Source: Lama glama (lineage: Eukaryota). Taken from it: a DNA stretch of 64,000 nucleotides. Each line of letters starts with the position of its first letter. Within the stretch, counting starts at the first letter, position 1. Below the pieces are notes generated by a model that was not told the origin of the DNA, ran no database searches, and worked only from the letters and a program-made list of their open reading frames with translations. Shown here one piece after another: positions 36,217-48,482 of the stretch. The stretch spans positions 44,270,001 to 44,334,000 of the forward strand of contig CM052818.1 in NCBI GenBank assembly GCA_028534125.1. The letters run 5' to 3'. Made by a program: the position numbers and the translations under genes.

Positions 36217-36298
36217 AAGGAGAGAAAGGGGTGGTGGAGGGGAGGAGAGGACAGGAAAGAGGAGAAAAGAAATAGAAGAAAAGAAGAGAAGAAAAAAA
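36217..36298. repeat. Polypurine (GA-rich) tract
   Basis: About 80 nt, almost entirely A/G, read directly. Confidence 0.85.
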
Positions 36299-37704
36299 CT
36301 CTAATATGTGACTACCCTGAGTTTCATTACCTAGACATGTCTTCAAAGACATGAGTTTTTTTCCCAATGTTCTAAAAATGGATGCTATGTATCAGCTAAA
36401 AATATGATAATTAACAAGTATGCTTTGAATCACATAATAGCAAATGTCATTTTCCCATGTGTAAGATAGGAGTGTTAATCATGAGCTTCTAAGCTCACCA
36501 GAAACCAACAAAGCCAACAGCTGCCAACAGGGCACCTCCAACTCGGCGAGCAGATCACCGCCTCCTTTGGCAAACAGTCCAGACAAGTGCCCCAGAGCAC
36601 CTGCAGCCGTGGGGCCCTGCTTGAGAGGGCAAAGGGAATTCCAAAAGCTGGCTCCCTGAGCAGGGATTCGCACACAGCCTTTCAGCTCTTAGGAAGCAAC
36701 CTGCCATTTTCTTGGCTCAGGTTGGATGCCGACAAAAGCAGAAAACACCACTGTGGTGCCGTATTTCTGTTAATAGCTTCCAATTACAGAGGAAACTGGG
36801 ATTTAGCACCCTGGTTATCACAGTGGTAGCCAACAATAATCTGTTCTGTGCCGTCCTGATTAATTATGCCTTTATGGATGAAAGTCAGGAAACGCTAAGA
36901 AGGGAAGTTTGTGGTAAATCATTTATTCTATTTCGTTCAGCTTTTGTTCCCTAAATGCCTACTCCTTGCCGAGCATTGTGCTACCAACATAGACAGAAGG
37001 AGACACACGAGCAATCGAGTAGAACAGTCTCTGATGGAAGTCGCTCCGGAGTTGTAGTGACAGAGTCAGGGAGAGCAGAAGAGAAGCGAAACACAAGAAG
37101 AGATTTTCTGAGTCCAGCCTTAAAAGATGAGCTGCTGTTACCCTAGTTACGAGAAGAAGCACAGAGGCGGGACTGCGTGGGCAGCGTTCGGAAAACCGTG
37201 AGAATTCTATAGGACCGAGGTGTCCCAGGGAACTATTTTTCGTGGTGAGACACCCTCAGGACGGAATCACTGCTGCACGTCACACTGCACACTTCTTCCC
37301 TCTGAGAAGTGCCCGCCCTCCACGCAGGCACCCACTCCGCAGACACCCATGAGTCAGGCTCTGCAGACAGAGGTGACGAAGCCTCTGATCTGCTCATCGT
37401 CTAGTTAGGAAACACATTCCTGTGTGTGTGATACCACAGGTACCTAACTACGGACAAAACTTCCGAGACAGAGATCAACGCCACAGGGGTGGGCAGGAAA
37501 GATGGAGCAGAGCGTACCCCTGGGCATCTCCAGGGTCCTCCTGGACCCATGAGCCTCAGACTAGACTTGACCTTGCCAAGCAGAACACAGACAATGGCTC
37601 TGCTCACTTCAGCCCGCAGGATGCCCCCTTCCTGGGCTCCAGCACAAATGAATCGGGTGGACTTCCTCCTTCCCGTTATTCCTCAAATGTATGTTTTCCC
37701 CTCT

Positions 37705-38028
37705 CTACCCGGAGTGTGAGTCAGGAACCAAGTGCATCAGATCACCTGGTAGCTTTTGAGGAAATGGAGACTCTTCAGGCCTCACCCTCAAACTCTGGAA
37801 TCAGAACCTGTATTTAAAAGATGCTTGGGGATTCAAACTAATGATAAAGTTTAATAAGCTCTGAGTCTCAAATTTGGCTGCACATTTTAATCACCTGAAG
37901 AGTTTTCAAAAATAAAGGTCCCTGGGTCTCACTTCAGTCTGATTTATTTGTTAAGGGTGCAGCTGGGGCATCATAATTTTTCAAAGCTCCCCAGACAATT
38001 CTAAAATGCAGCCAAGTTTGAAATCTCC
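37705..38028. mobile_element. Adjacent MER5A and MER5B MITEs
   Basis: gcatcagatcacctggtagc...gaaatggagactcttcaggcctcaccc (MER5A-like), followed by tctcaaatttggctgcacattttaatcacctg...aagctccccagacaattctaaaatgcagccaagtttgaaa (MER5B-like). Confidence 0.75.
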
Positions 38029-39229
38029 TCAGCTACCCTTTAGCCTGGAGGCCAGCAGCATGGCTGAGCGGGGCCTGTGGTTATCCCAGAACAGGCGAGG
38101 TGGGAGGAAGAATAAAGGATGGTAGGAGCAGAGGAACTGAGAAGGAAGCAGTAATCCAAACAGGGTTAGAGATGGTCTCTAATTCATCTCTAATTAGACA
38201 GCCTCTACTCTGATGCCCTCAATTTACAATAAGCAAGGTCCGGAATGGGTTGCAGACTTGGCACTGTCATAAAACAAGAAAATCAAAACAGACAGTGGTT
38301 CAGGTTGGGGTATGGGAGAACACAGCGAGAATTTCAGGCCTCCTAAACTGTTGACTCTGTGCTCTTCTCATCCCCAGACCCTTCTCTGGTGCTGAGCAAA
38401 ATCTACAGATCCCTTGACTCCGTTACCTGCATCATTTCACTGCCACCTTTGTGCAAGTCACGGATGCCTTCATGATTCACCTGGCTATCTGGCTCTGAGT
38501 TTCCTGATGGTCAATCGAAAAACGGAAGACACAGTCAGTCTTGTCACTAAAAATTAGTAATTGCCCCCAGCTCCTCAAAGGAAGCCAAGCTCTTCCTGAC
38601 CTTTATTTTAACAAAAGAGTTTCTTGCTCCAGGCTCCATATAGGAGTCGAATGACCTAATGCATAAGACTTCAAAGACATCCCTACAGTAATAGTTTTCA
38701 TAAAGCCATTATGTATAATATCCCTGGATGTAAGCCAAGGAAATAACATTAAAATGCATGAAAATTCTGCTGGGGACTAAGAACATATGGTCCAAGTGCA
38801 CAGCTTAATGCAGGAATAAAAATTAGCACACTAGAGGAAGGGGTAAATAGCATGCCCTTCAAGCGAGTCCTCATAAACATCACTTCCATTACCCTGGCTT
38901 TGGATACGGCAGTGGAGGACTGGGGCTTAATTCACCAGCCCGCCGTGCCATTGCTCTGTGTCATGGACTGAAGGAAAAGCCCAAGCAAGCAACAGTAGGG
39001 TTATCTATTGATGAAAGTTCATAGCTCTATTCAAGACTTTTGGGAGAACAGAGAATCATCTATCTGGGGGCAAAGTTGGGTCAAGGGTATGTCCAAAGGG
39101 CAATTTGGGAGTTTTCTGCAAAAAGTTTGCCTCCAGGAGGGCACATGAAGATATGAATGACAGGTCAAATCCTGAAGTTTCTGTGCCCTTCCTTGGCCCT
39201 TGTTTCTCATTGCCACAGGAGCCCTGGGC

Positions 39230-40350
39230 AATCCCGTGTCCGAGGACTTGGTACACAAGGTTTCCTTGCAGAGAAGATGGGACTTGAAATAAACCTTGAA
39301 AGATGAGGAGGAAATCAATAAGTCAAAATGGGTGAGAATGATTTCAACTAAAGAAAATGACTAACGAAACAGCTTTAGCTGTAGAGATGGGCATGGCCGG
39401 ACTCCTAGAGGAGTGTCCTGGCAGCCTGCCCGCCTAACAGGAATGGCTTGTCTGGGGGAGTCATGGAAAGTGCAGGGCAGTTCTCTTCACTCCAGTACCC
39501 ACTCCTCCCATCTTCAAGAGCTCAGCTTATAGAAGGATCATCACTGGTGGCTCAGGCTAGAAACTGAGCATCAGCTGGACTCCCTCCTCTTCCCCCTTCA
39601 CATGCTACTGGTACTATATCTTGTCTACCTACAGGATGTATTTGGAATCCATCCCTCCCAAACACCTCTATTTTCCTTAGTCCAGATGGTATCATCTCCC
39701 ACCTGGTCCACTGCAAAGCCGCCTAACTCATTGCAAGTGCAGCTCTCTGCAAGTGCAATGGTGACTGAGAGGAGAAAGATATGAGGTAGCCTTAGGAGGT
39801 GTGATGAATGAACCTGGGATGATTTGAATGAAAGAAGGTGAGGAAGCAAGAATCAAAAGGACTCTCGGATGACAACACTCAGAAGGTAAGGTTGTGGGAG
39901 GAGGTGAGTCAACATGGTCGCTCCACTGAGACACAAGGTGAGGGATCATCCTCTGCTGAAACGTTACCGATGCCGCCCCATTAGTTCAAGACCAAGTCCA
40001 AAGTCTTTAGCATGACGTTGAAGTTCCTTCACCTTCTCACTCCAGCCTAACCTCTTAGCATTTCCCACTCTCACCTCACTACCACTGTCTACACTCCAGG
40101 GATACATCGGACCCCGTGACCCTCTTGTGCCTTTGCACAGGGCTTTCCTTTCCCTGAACTGCCCTTTTCCTTAACTAATTGCCTAACAAGACCAATTCTT
40201 TAGTTGGCAACTCAGAATGCACTTAGATGCTTCCCAAGTAACTGCTACTTCACTGACCCCACATGTTACAGTCGGCGGTGACCTCTTCCAAGGAGAAGTC
40301 TAGATTTAATGTGTGTTGTTGTATTTCTTAAAACTCAGTGCCCACTAAAC
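39230..40350. mobile_element. Cluster of LINE-2 fragments in alternating orientation
   Basis: Approximately minus 39230-39480, plus 39500-39730, minus 39750-39900 and plus 39945-40350, judged from purine/pyrimidine-skewed L2 motifs. Confidence 0.55.
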
Positions 40351-41084
40351 TGATGTTGATGAGTTGTGTGACCTCAGTTCACCTGTGTGGAAATTAAGGG
40401 GTCATGCTTGGTGATTGCTGCGGGTTTTCCAGATCTAACTCTGATGAGTCTTTGATGACTAATAGAATTGAAAAAGATAAAGTGACAGACATATCTGTAC
40501 ACGCACTAGAGTGAGAATTGGAGACCAGTCATCACCTCAGGGGATTAGTCATGTCACCAGCAGGAATCATGCATAGTTTTAAATCCCTAAAGAATTTATG
40601 CTGGGAGGGAAAAATAATAATAGATAATATTGATTGAATTCATATACGTGCCAGAGGCTGTCCTAAGCATTTAAAAGAAAATTTTTGGAGGAAATTATCC
40701 AAAAATGCACTGCACTTTGTTTGCCGTGGGTGATCTGGAAAGCCCGGCAGGAGAGCTGATGTGTGCATCTGGTAGGGCTGCCCGAGCCCAAGAGGGAGGC
40801 AGGGGAGCAAGATTCCTGCATCACACAGTTATTTGTGCAGCTTTGCTGATTTCACTGCACAAATGACTCAGGCTCAAATAAGCAAGAGAAGTTGGTGATT
40901 TTTTTTTTAATTAGAGGAAGAGGATTTCAAAATAGAATCATAACTGAGGATGGAAGAGGTAATTATCATTTTTCAAATCATCTGTGAATCCAGAGAAGAG
41001 GCACCCTTTTTTTTTTTTAACGTTTGGAGAGTTTCTTTTTTGAAAAATAACAAGTAGCCTCAAATGGAAGGCTCTAAAAGACCA

Positions 41085-41405
41085 GATGAAGAAACTAGGT
41101 CCAGAATTGGGAAAAGATGTCTCTGAAGTGACATCGGCAGGACCTGGTGAGCAATTAAATGTGGCTGGTGAGGAAAAAGAAAGAAATAGAATGACTTCTG
41201 TGTTTCTGCCTCATTTCCTGATACGGAACAGGGAGAATTTAAGGAAGAGCTGAGTTCCGTTTTAGCATTTGAGACCTCTATAAAACATGCACGTGGAGGT
41301 GTCCAGTGGGTAGTTGACTATGTGAGCAAAAACTGGGCTAGACTTTGGATGGCAGGACATGAAAGTATATGGGTGAAAGTTGAAGCCCTGGGAGAGGACA
41401 GAATT
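41085..41405 (-). mobile_element. LINE-2 fragment
   Basis: ggcaggacctggtgagcaattaaatgtgg...gtggaggtgtccagtgggtagttgacta...gttgaagccctgggagagga. Confidence 0.65.
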
Positions 41406-41712
41406 GAACTCCTGGGTTACTGGCAGCAGCCCCATGCCCTGAACACAAAGCTCACTGTGGACAGGTGGTGGTCAGGAGCGTCACTGCAGAAGAAAGAAAA
41501 CTAGATTGAGAGCTAGTCAAACTTCCATTAGTTCTTTTTTCTAATATCATCAAGATGTCCTTGAAGTACCATGTTTCCTCTCAGAAGCTCAGCTTCTCCT
41601 TCTGTGAAAGGAGACACTTAGGGACTGAGTGGCTCATAACACATGTGATTATGGATTAGAAAAAGTTAACTTAATCTCAATTCCTGGTTCTAAATGAGAG
41701 CCATGTTGCTTG

Positions 41713-42190
41713 CATCCATTCATTGATTTGACGTACATCTATTAAGCACCTGCTCTGTGAAAGGCTCAGGACAGAGGTGACTGAAATACTGAATCAAGGA
41801 CTATACAGCCTGCAACGGGGGTGTAGACTTGATGTCTCTCCCAGAGGCATAAACCAGTTACCACAAACACTCAGAGAAGGGTTGACCACTGGCCTGGAGA
41901 GGTTGAGAAGGTCCAGGAGCAGAGAATTACTGACATGGGCTTCAGAGGGTGAGTAAGTGCTCGCCATGCCAAGCTGGGCAGACACAGTCTCAGGAAGTAC
42001 AGATGAGGGAAAAGACGGGTCATGTTTGGGTGCCTTGAGTAGTCCCATGTAATTGAATCACAAGAGTAGGAGGTGACTGGTGGGAGGTGAGGCTAACAAT
42101 ACAGGTGCTAACCAGCTGTGAAGGGCTTTGAATGCCATGCCAAGAGCTTGGTTTTAGCCAGTTGGAAAAGGACGTGTCATGACCCTGGTC
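41713..42190 (-). mobile_element. LINE-2 3' fragment
   Basis: catccattcattgatttgacgtacatctattaagcacctgctctgtg...gaagggctttgaatgccatgccaagagcttgg. Confidence 0.7.
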
Positions 42191-42311
42191 AGACAATTAT
42201 TCAATTTCCTATTCTAGCCAAGGGATGAAAGGATACTAACTTCTTATGAACAGGATCTCCTCCATGGCACCTCTTTGCCGAGCATCTGGCTTATTCTTCA
42301 CTTGTCATTAA

Positions 42312-42487
42312 GCATGGTTCTCAATGCTAGATACACATTATAAACACCTGGGAGCTTGAAAGAAAGTGTCGGCTAGCTCCTACCCCAACCAATTATATCT
42401 GCATATTTTCTGTAAGGTTCAGTCACCGTTGTTTTTGTTTAAGCTCTCCAGGTAATTATAAGATGCAGCCAGGGTTAAGTAGTGCTT
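42312..42487. mobile_element. MER5B MITE
   Basis: gcatggttctcaatgctagatacacattataaacacctgggagctt...aagctctccaggtaattataagatgcagccagggttaag. Confidence 0.75.
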
Positions 42488-43358
42488 TAGAGTCAGACCT
42501 TCTTATGTCACCAGAGGAAATGGCCACCAGGTAGTCCCCATCCTTCTGAAATTGTCTCCGTAACATTAGCAAAGGTCAAAGGGCCAAATCAATCACATTA
42601 TTTGAAAAGCGTATTTGAAAAACATTAGGACGAACCTAAAGGGTTGACTTTAACAGGTTCCTCACTCTCAGTGAGCTGAGAGTTTGGTGTGGATCCAAAC
42701 GCCACTTAGTCTCTGTTGAAACGAAGCAAATCTGGGCAGCAATCCACATCACTGAACCCCTGCAGTCCCTCCGTCTGAAGAGACACCCTGGATCGCTCCC
42801 CTGCATCCTTGGACCCACCCAGAAAACTCACATCAACCATCCCCGAATGAGGGGGGCTACGAAACGTTTTATATGACATTTTTCTGACACTTTTACTTCT
42901 GATATTTACTAACACAGCAGCCAGACAAACATGGATCTTGTGAAAAGCTTCAGTAAGTATTGGAGCTTTTGCTCTTCCTGCCCCAGAGGTAACTTGCAGC
43001 ATCCTTCGGTTCTACTCACCAAATACAGTAAATAACTCACTGCTATTAATATAGGACATGCATGTCCACTGGAACATGCTGCTTACGTATTTAATAAGCA
43101 TGACTTTTAGGGTTTGGATAGGATTTCAACAGTGACCCAGAAGGAGAATAAATAACTTCAGGCAACACAGAGGGGCAGCAGTGGGAAAAAGTCTCAATGC
43201 CTTGGTTCTAACCTCTGCCCTAGGGTGACACACCATGTGACTTCACACAGGTCCCTTTCCTGGGACTCAGTTTCCCTACTGGTATCAGGGGAGTTGGATT
43301 AGATATTTTCAAAACTCTTTCTCCATCCCACATTACATTTTCACTAATAAGCAACTTT

Positions 43359-43491
43359 GGTTTTTTTTTTTAAGTTTTTTTGGGGGAGGTGGTAATTAGT
43401 TTTATTTATTTAATACAGGCACTGAGGATTGAACCCAGGATCTTGTGCATGCTAAGCATGTGCTCTACCACTGAGCTATACCCTCCCGCCC
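43359..43491 (-). mobile_element. tRNA-derived SINE, camelid Vic-1-like
   Basis: The minus strand reads gggagggtatagctcagtggtagagcacatgcttagcatgcacaagatcctgggttcaatcctcagtgcc, then an AT-rich tail and poly(A). A box TAGCTCAGTGG and B box GGTTCAATCC are present. TSD agcaacttt at 43350-43358 and 43494-43502. Confidence 0.9.
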
Positions 43492-43677
43492 TGAGCAACT
43501 TTAGAATGTGAAGGAAAAGTCCTTTGTACAAATCACAGCTGTTACTTGGTAGCTAGAGGATGCTAAGTCACAGCCTTTCTTTTCTGTAAAGAAGAGCATA
43601 ACCCTTTACTGAGCAGAGCTCGCATGTAAAGCAAAGGGTTTGAAATTCTTGGGGCTCAATGAAGCTAAAAGTAGAAA

Positions 43678-43786
43678 CAGTCATCATTTACTGAGTACCA
43701 CTATGTACTGTGTACTGATGCTTTATATGTGTGCATGATTCCATTAGTCAACAGCTTAAATTCCTCTGGAACCCAATGGGGTTAGA
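43678..43786 (-). mobile_element. MIR SINE 3' part (remainder at ~44243-44345, split by an L1)
   Basis: catttactgagtaccactatgtactg...tgctttatatgt on one side and gttttacagatgatgaaaggaga on the other side of the L1. Confidence 0.6.
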
Positions 43787-44236
43787 AATGGAATACTATT
43801 ACTCTGCCATAAAAAAGAATGAAATAATGCCATTTTCAGCAACATGGACGGACTTAAAGATTATCATACTAAATGAAGTAAGTCAGAGAGAGAAAGACAA
43901 ATATCGTATGATTCGTTTATATGTGGAATCTTAAAAAATGATACAAATGAACTTGTTTACAAACCAAAAGAGACTCAAAAACATAGAAAACAAACTTATA
44001 GTTACCACAGGGGAAAGGGAAGAGGGGTGGGAATAAATTAGGAGTTTGAGATTAGCAGGTACAAACTATTATATATAAAATAGATAAACAACAAGTTCCT
44101 ACTATAGAGCACAGGGACTACATTCAATATTTTGTAATAACCTATAATGAAAAAGCATATATATATAACTGAATCACTGTGTTGTACACCTGAAACTAAC
44201 ACAACATTGTAAATCAATTGTACTTCAATTAAAAAA
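43787..44236 (+). mobile_element. 5'-truncated L1 (ORF2 C-terminus plus 3' UTR)
   Basis: Encodes MEYYYSAIKKNEIMPFSATWTDLKIIILNEVSQREKDKYRMI, the L1 ORF2 end. Candidate TSD agaaatg (43784-43790 and 44236-44242). Confidence 0.92.
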
Positions 44237-46256
44237 GAAATGAATTGATGTTGTTTTCCAGTCCTCACAGCACAGCAGTTTTACAGATGATGAAAGGAGA
44301 TGGGGAGGATCTGTGGGTTTCCGAAAATGCCCAGATAAGCACTGATGGCCAACAATTCTAACAAGGGACCCCCTGATCCAACACTAGTGGCTGCCACGGG
44401 TCTTTCCACAGTCGGTGCCACCTCCCTTTGTCACTTTCAGAAAGTCACTTCATCCTCGTGAGCCTCCCCCACCCCCACCATCCATTTTGCTCAGAGTTGC
44501 CATAGAGGATAAATCCATTGAGAACTGAGAAAGCACCTTTGAAACTGTGGCACACACACAGAAGTGAGCAGTTACTGATAGTGGAATGACTTCTCACATG
44601 CTGATAAAGAGCTGAAATTATCAAGAAGGATCCTCACCTAACCTTCAACACAGAAGAATCCCTTCTACACCCAGAGTTTCAATCCACTTTCTTTCAGACC
44701 TGCTTGGCAGAGTGGAAGGGGGCAGGGAGGAGAAGGGTGGCAGCACGCCAAGTGCTGCCTGTGACCCCGCCCGTGCTGGGCATCCTGCGGGCCATCCCAG
44801 GACCATCTCACAGACCATACCACTGCTGCCTCACCACCACCCATGTACAAGTTGCCCTACATCCGCCCTACGGGTCACAAAGCAGAGGCATTGCCCTCAA
44901 ACGCACAGCTACTAAGCAGCTTAAACCAAATCCTGTTTGGAGCTTGTCTGTAAGTGATGGGGTCTCTCAAGCCCTTCTGAAGTATCCTCTATATCCACTC
45001 AACACAAGATTTTGTAAAATACTCTCTTCTCTTCACAGTCCTAAGGACAAAATCTTAATATACCCAGATGTGCGGCCAATACATCAATTAGGATGTGACC
45101 TCATCGCTTATTTACAGCCAAAAAAAATAGAAAACTACTGCCCTGTCCACTCCAGGGTAGAGTCCTCCTGAAGTCTAGCCTCCACACACCCTGCCTCTGG
45201 GTCTTGGATCCTGGAAACCCTTTTCCCAAGGAGCTCGTGAGTGACGTGGCTATTATGGGATGGCACAGACGCACACCGCTCTCAGCACGGCCACCGCGGT
45301 GAATGGCTATGGTTATTTTCCCCATTAGAGAAAAGGCCAAGCGCTACCCAACAGCCCTGAGTCCATTAAGAAGGAATCTGGGTCATTTCTGATTTTAACA
45401 GACAGTGTGATCCTCAGCAGTGAAAGAACAAAAATGACTACTTCAGAGAAACGCATTCCAGTCGCAGCCCTGCCCATGGCTAAGTGACAGGGTAAGATCT
45501 GCCTTTGTACCCGTCCTAAGCTTCAGCAGGACAACAGTTTTGATCCCTAGTTTGTTAGTCGCTGTTCTAGGCACCCTGGGGGAACTTGCTGCCCGGCCCA
45601 GGGGGGCTCCCTGATCCGCGGAAGGAATGGGGTTGGATTCGAGGTAGCACTTCCTTATGGAGGAGGAGGATGTAAGGGAGGGGTGGGAGCAGGAGGTATG
45701 GGGAGGGGAGGAAAGTAGGAGCTGATCATGAGAAACCTTTGGACTGATAACCAGGGCCCAGGTTTTAGCCCAAAGGCACATTAAGGAGCCACTGAAGGTT
45801 TAACACAGAGACCTTAACTGGGCGGATCTGTGCTCTGTGCTCATCACATTCTCCTGTTCGGGTGCTATTTATGAGTCCTGTGGCTTCGAGCTGGGTTGAC
45901 GCTTTATCAGATCTTAAAAGGATTTCACATACCAGTGAGTGCACAGGACCCGCAAGTGAAGGTCTTCCTGGGCAAAGGTGCCCAGCAAATCCCTAGGCAG
46001 GAATGAAGGTTCCTGCTCACTTGTCATTGAAACCCAACCCCGTCTTCTGAACTTCAAGGAATTTCTCTCTTACCTAAACCAAGGCTTGGCTGGCTTGAAG
46101 GGGAACCTTCTCTGGTGTAGCAGCTGGTGGAGGACTGCAGGACTCCAAGCCCAGCACGACTGTCCCCCTTTAAGATGCTGCTGCTTGGTCCCTCCAACAG
46201 TGTCCTCCAAAAAGGCCAGCCACACCACTAACTGGCATGTGCCTCGTACTTGCCTT

Positions 46257-46270
46257 CCTGCAGGGGGCGC
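46257..46270 (+). promoter_or_regulatory. Candidate CTCF binding motif
   Basis: CCTGCAGGGGGCGC closely matches the CTCF core CCASYAGRKGGCRS and lies in non-repeat sequence. Motif match only; occupancy unknown. Confidence 0.55.
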
Positions 46271-46339
46271 CTGTCTGGGGCAGGAAACCCTACCTGCTAT
46301 TGACAAGCTCAACAATTGGAAAGTTGTTCTTAATACTGA

Positions 46340-46612
46340 CACAAAATACATAGAAAACAAACTTACGGTTACCAGGGCGAAAGGGGGAGGTGGAGGGACA
46401 AACTGGGAGTTCAGGATTTGCAGATACTAACTACTATAGATAACAACCAGGACCTACTGTACAGCACAGGGAACTATATTCAATACCTTGTGATAGTCTA
46501 TAATGAAAAAGAGTATGAAAAGGAATATATATATGTATAAATGAATCACTATGCTGTCTACTAGAAATTAACAAAACGTTGAAAACAAATTATACTTCAG
46601 TTGGAAAAAAAA
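46340..46612 (+). mobile_element. 5'-truncated lineage-specific L1 3' UTR
   Basis: acatagaaaacaaacttacggttaccaggg...ggacctactgtacagcacagggaactatattcaatacc...ttatacttcagttggaaaaaaaaa. Confidence 0.9.
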
Positions 46613-46699
46613 ATTGAGCTGAAATCTATCTACTAGAAACCTGCCTCCACTGGTGTCAGTTTTACCCTTTACAGTCATGCAGAACACGCCAGCTTCCTC

Positions 46700-46850
46700 T
46701 CCAATGGGGCGTGTTTATTATCTGGTTCTCCCTGGAGCTGTGAGGTCCTTAAGGATGGGGACGGTGCCTGATTCATGTGGAATCTCAGAATCCAACACAA
46801 TGCCTGCCACACAAGAGTTCAATAAATGTTGGCTGAATTAATGGATGTAC
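46700..46850 (+). mobile_element. LINE-2 3' end
   Basis: gctgtgaggtccttaaggatggggac...ccaacacaatgcctgccacacaagagttcaataaatgttggctgaattaatggatg. Confidence 0.75.
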
Positions 46851-47779
46851 GTGTGATAAATGGGGTTAATAAACACGTGCCTGATGAAGTGTGCTAAGTG
46901 AATGTGAAAGCAGTGTCTGTAGGTCGTGTTCACGTCTTATAACTCCCATAGTCCTCTCCTCTCATGATTACGAATTGTAGGTCAAAAATTCTGAAACATA
47001 AAAAAATTGGGGTCTTTGAGCTCAGATCTTCCCCCAGGAGCCTCACCTCAGACGGAAATATTCCATTTCAGTGGGAGAACACAGGACGTTCTCAGAGCCC
47101 AGCTTCCTTTGTAACATGGGTCAGTGTTTCATATCAGCCCTTTCTCACCTGCGGGGAAAACTAGACGCGGAGGAAATGGAAGAGACGGCAGATCGGTCGG
47201 GTGCGATCAATGCAGGGGAGAGACGGCCAGAGGATGTGACCTTCCTTCATTACCCCTTTGTTACCCCTTTCCTGTGCTTCTGGAGAGCAGAATTCTCCCC
47301 TCTCCGTGCCAGCACGAGCTCTCTCGGCGCCCCCTGCCATTCCTGCCCGTCCCACCCAGACAGTAGGCATCTGCCCTGGTCAGCCACCGGCAGCAGAGGA
47401 CAGAGCTCCGCAGACGTGGGTGGCCCTGGGTGTCTGATTTGCCTCTGTGTCCTTGGCCCAGCACAGGGCCTGGCATACTAAGTAGCAGACTGAGTGCTCC
47501 CAGTGCCTGCGCTTAGCAATAATCCGAGCCCTGATGAGTGCAAACAACCACGGATGTGTGTCCGCCCTTCAGCACCCGGACTGTGTTGTCAGGTGCCCCT
47601 GACTGCAAGGTCCCTATTTCCCTATGCTACCCCTACAAGTGGAGAAGAGGGCATCCCAGTTTTCTGCCTGGGCTTGTCGTTTTTGTTCTCTGCCTTTTGA
47701 ACCCGCACATCCACTACTTGGTTCAGAGAGCCTGGAAGACATCAGCTCAACCATTTTGTATGGATTAGGCAAAGCCATG

Positions 47780-48200
47780 AAAACCGCATCGTGTCACTTG
47801 GCTGATTTGTCCCTTACACTTGGAGTGACGTCTAAACTCCTGACTAGGGCCAGCAAGGTGCAGCACGACTGGTCCCTGCATCCCCTGCAGCTTCACCGCC
47901 TGCCACCCCACCGCTCTGCTCCCCAAGCACACTGGCCTGCTGTTAGTTTCTAGAACATGCCACGCTCTGCACCACTGCAAAGGCTTTCCTGCTTGCTGAG
48001 CCAGTCTCTCTCTCTCTGGTGCTTCCAATGCTGACTCTCTTCATAGTCTAAGGTTAAACGTCACCTTTCCAGAAAGCCCTCCCTCAGACGATCTTTCGAA
48101 AGTAGAACGTGCCCTGTCCGTCAGAGCGTGTGCCTTTCTCCTGCAGTGTGAATTTCCATAGTCATCACTCCACTTAGTCCCTTGTTTATCATTTGTCAGC
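47780..48200 (+). mobile_element. LINE-2 fragment
   Basis: tctaaactcctgactagggccagcaagg...cacactggcctgctgttagtttctagaacatgcc...aaacgtcacctttccagaaagccctccctcagac. Confidence 0.75.
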
Positions 48201-48259
48201 CCTTGATGCTGCGAAGCTCGTCTACCTGGCATGCTGGCATGTCTCCCGCGCCACACACC

Positions 48260-48482
48260 CTAACAGAATATTGCCTGACGACCCCTCCCGAGTGCTACGT
48301 GGGTCTCGCACTCCCTGTGCACTTCAAGGCCATTGCCTCTTCTAATTCTCACAATGCTGGGGCATAATTACTGTGCCCGTGTTATAAATGAGAACATGGG
48401 GCTTTAAGGGACTTGTCTAATGTCACACGGTTAGTCACATAGTCAGGATCTGAATCCCTGCTGTCTGATTTCAAAATCCATG
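48260..48482 (-). mobile_element. MIR SINE
   Basis: tctaattctcacaatgc...ttactgtgcccgtgttataaatgagaacatgggg...gacttgtctaatgtcacacggttagt...ggatctgaatccctgctgtctgatttcaaaatcca. Confidence 0.75.

Noticed and set aside
43054..43082. 14-bp palindrome ggacatgcatgtcc with p53-like half sites
   Set aside because: Each RRRCWWGYYY half site has a mismatch and the spacing is non-canonical. One such palindrome in 64 kb is unremarkable.
43420..43491. tRNA-Ala gene
   Set aside because: The acceptor stem is not intact, and a poly(A) tail and TSD are present, so it is a SINE head.
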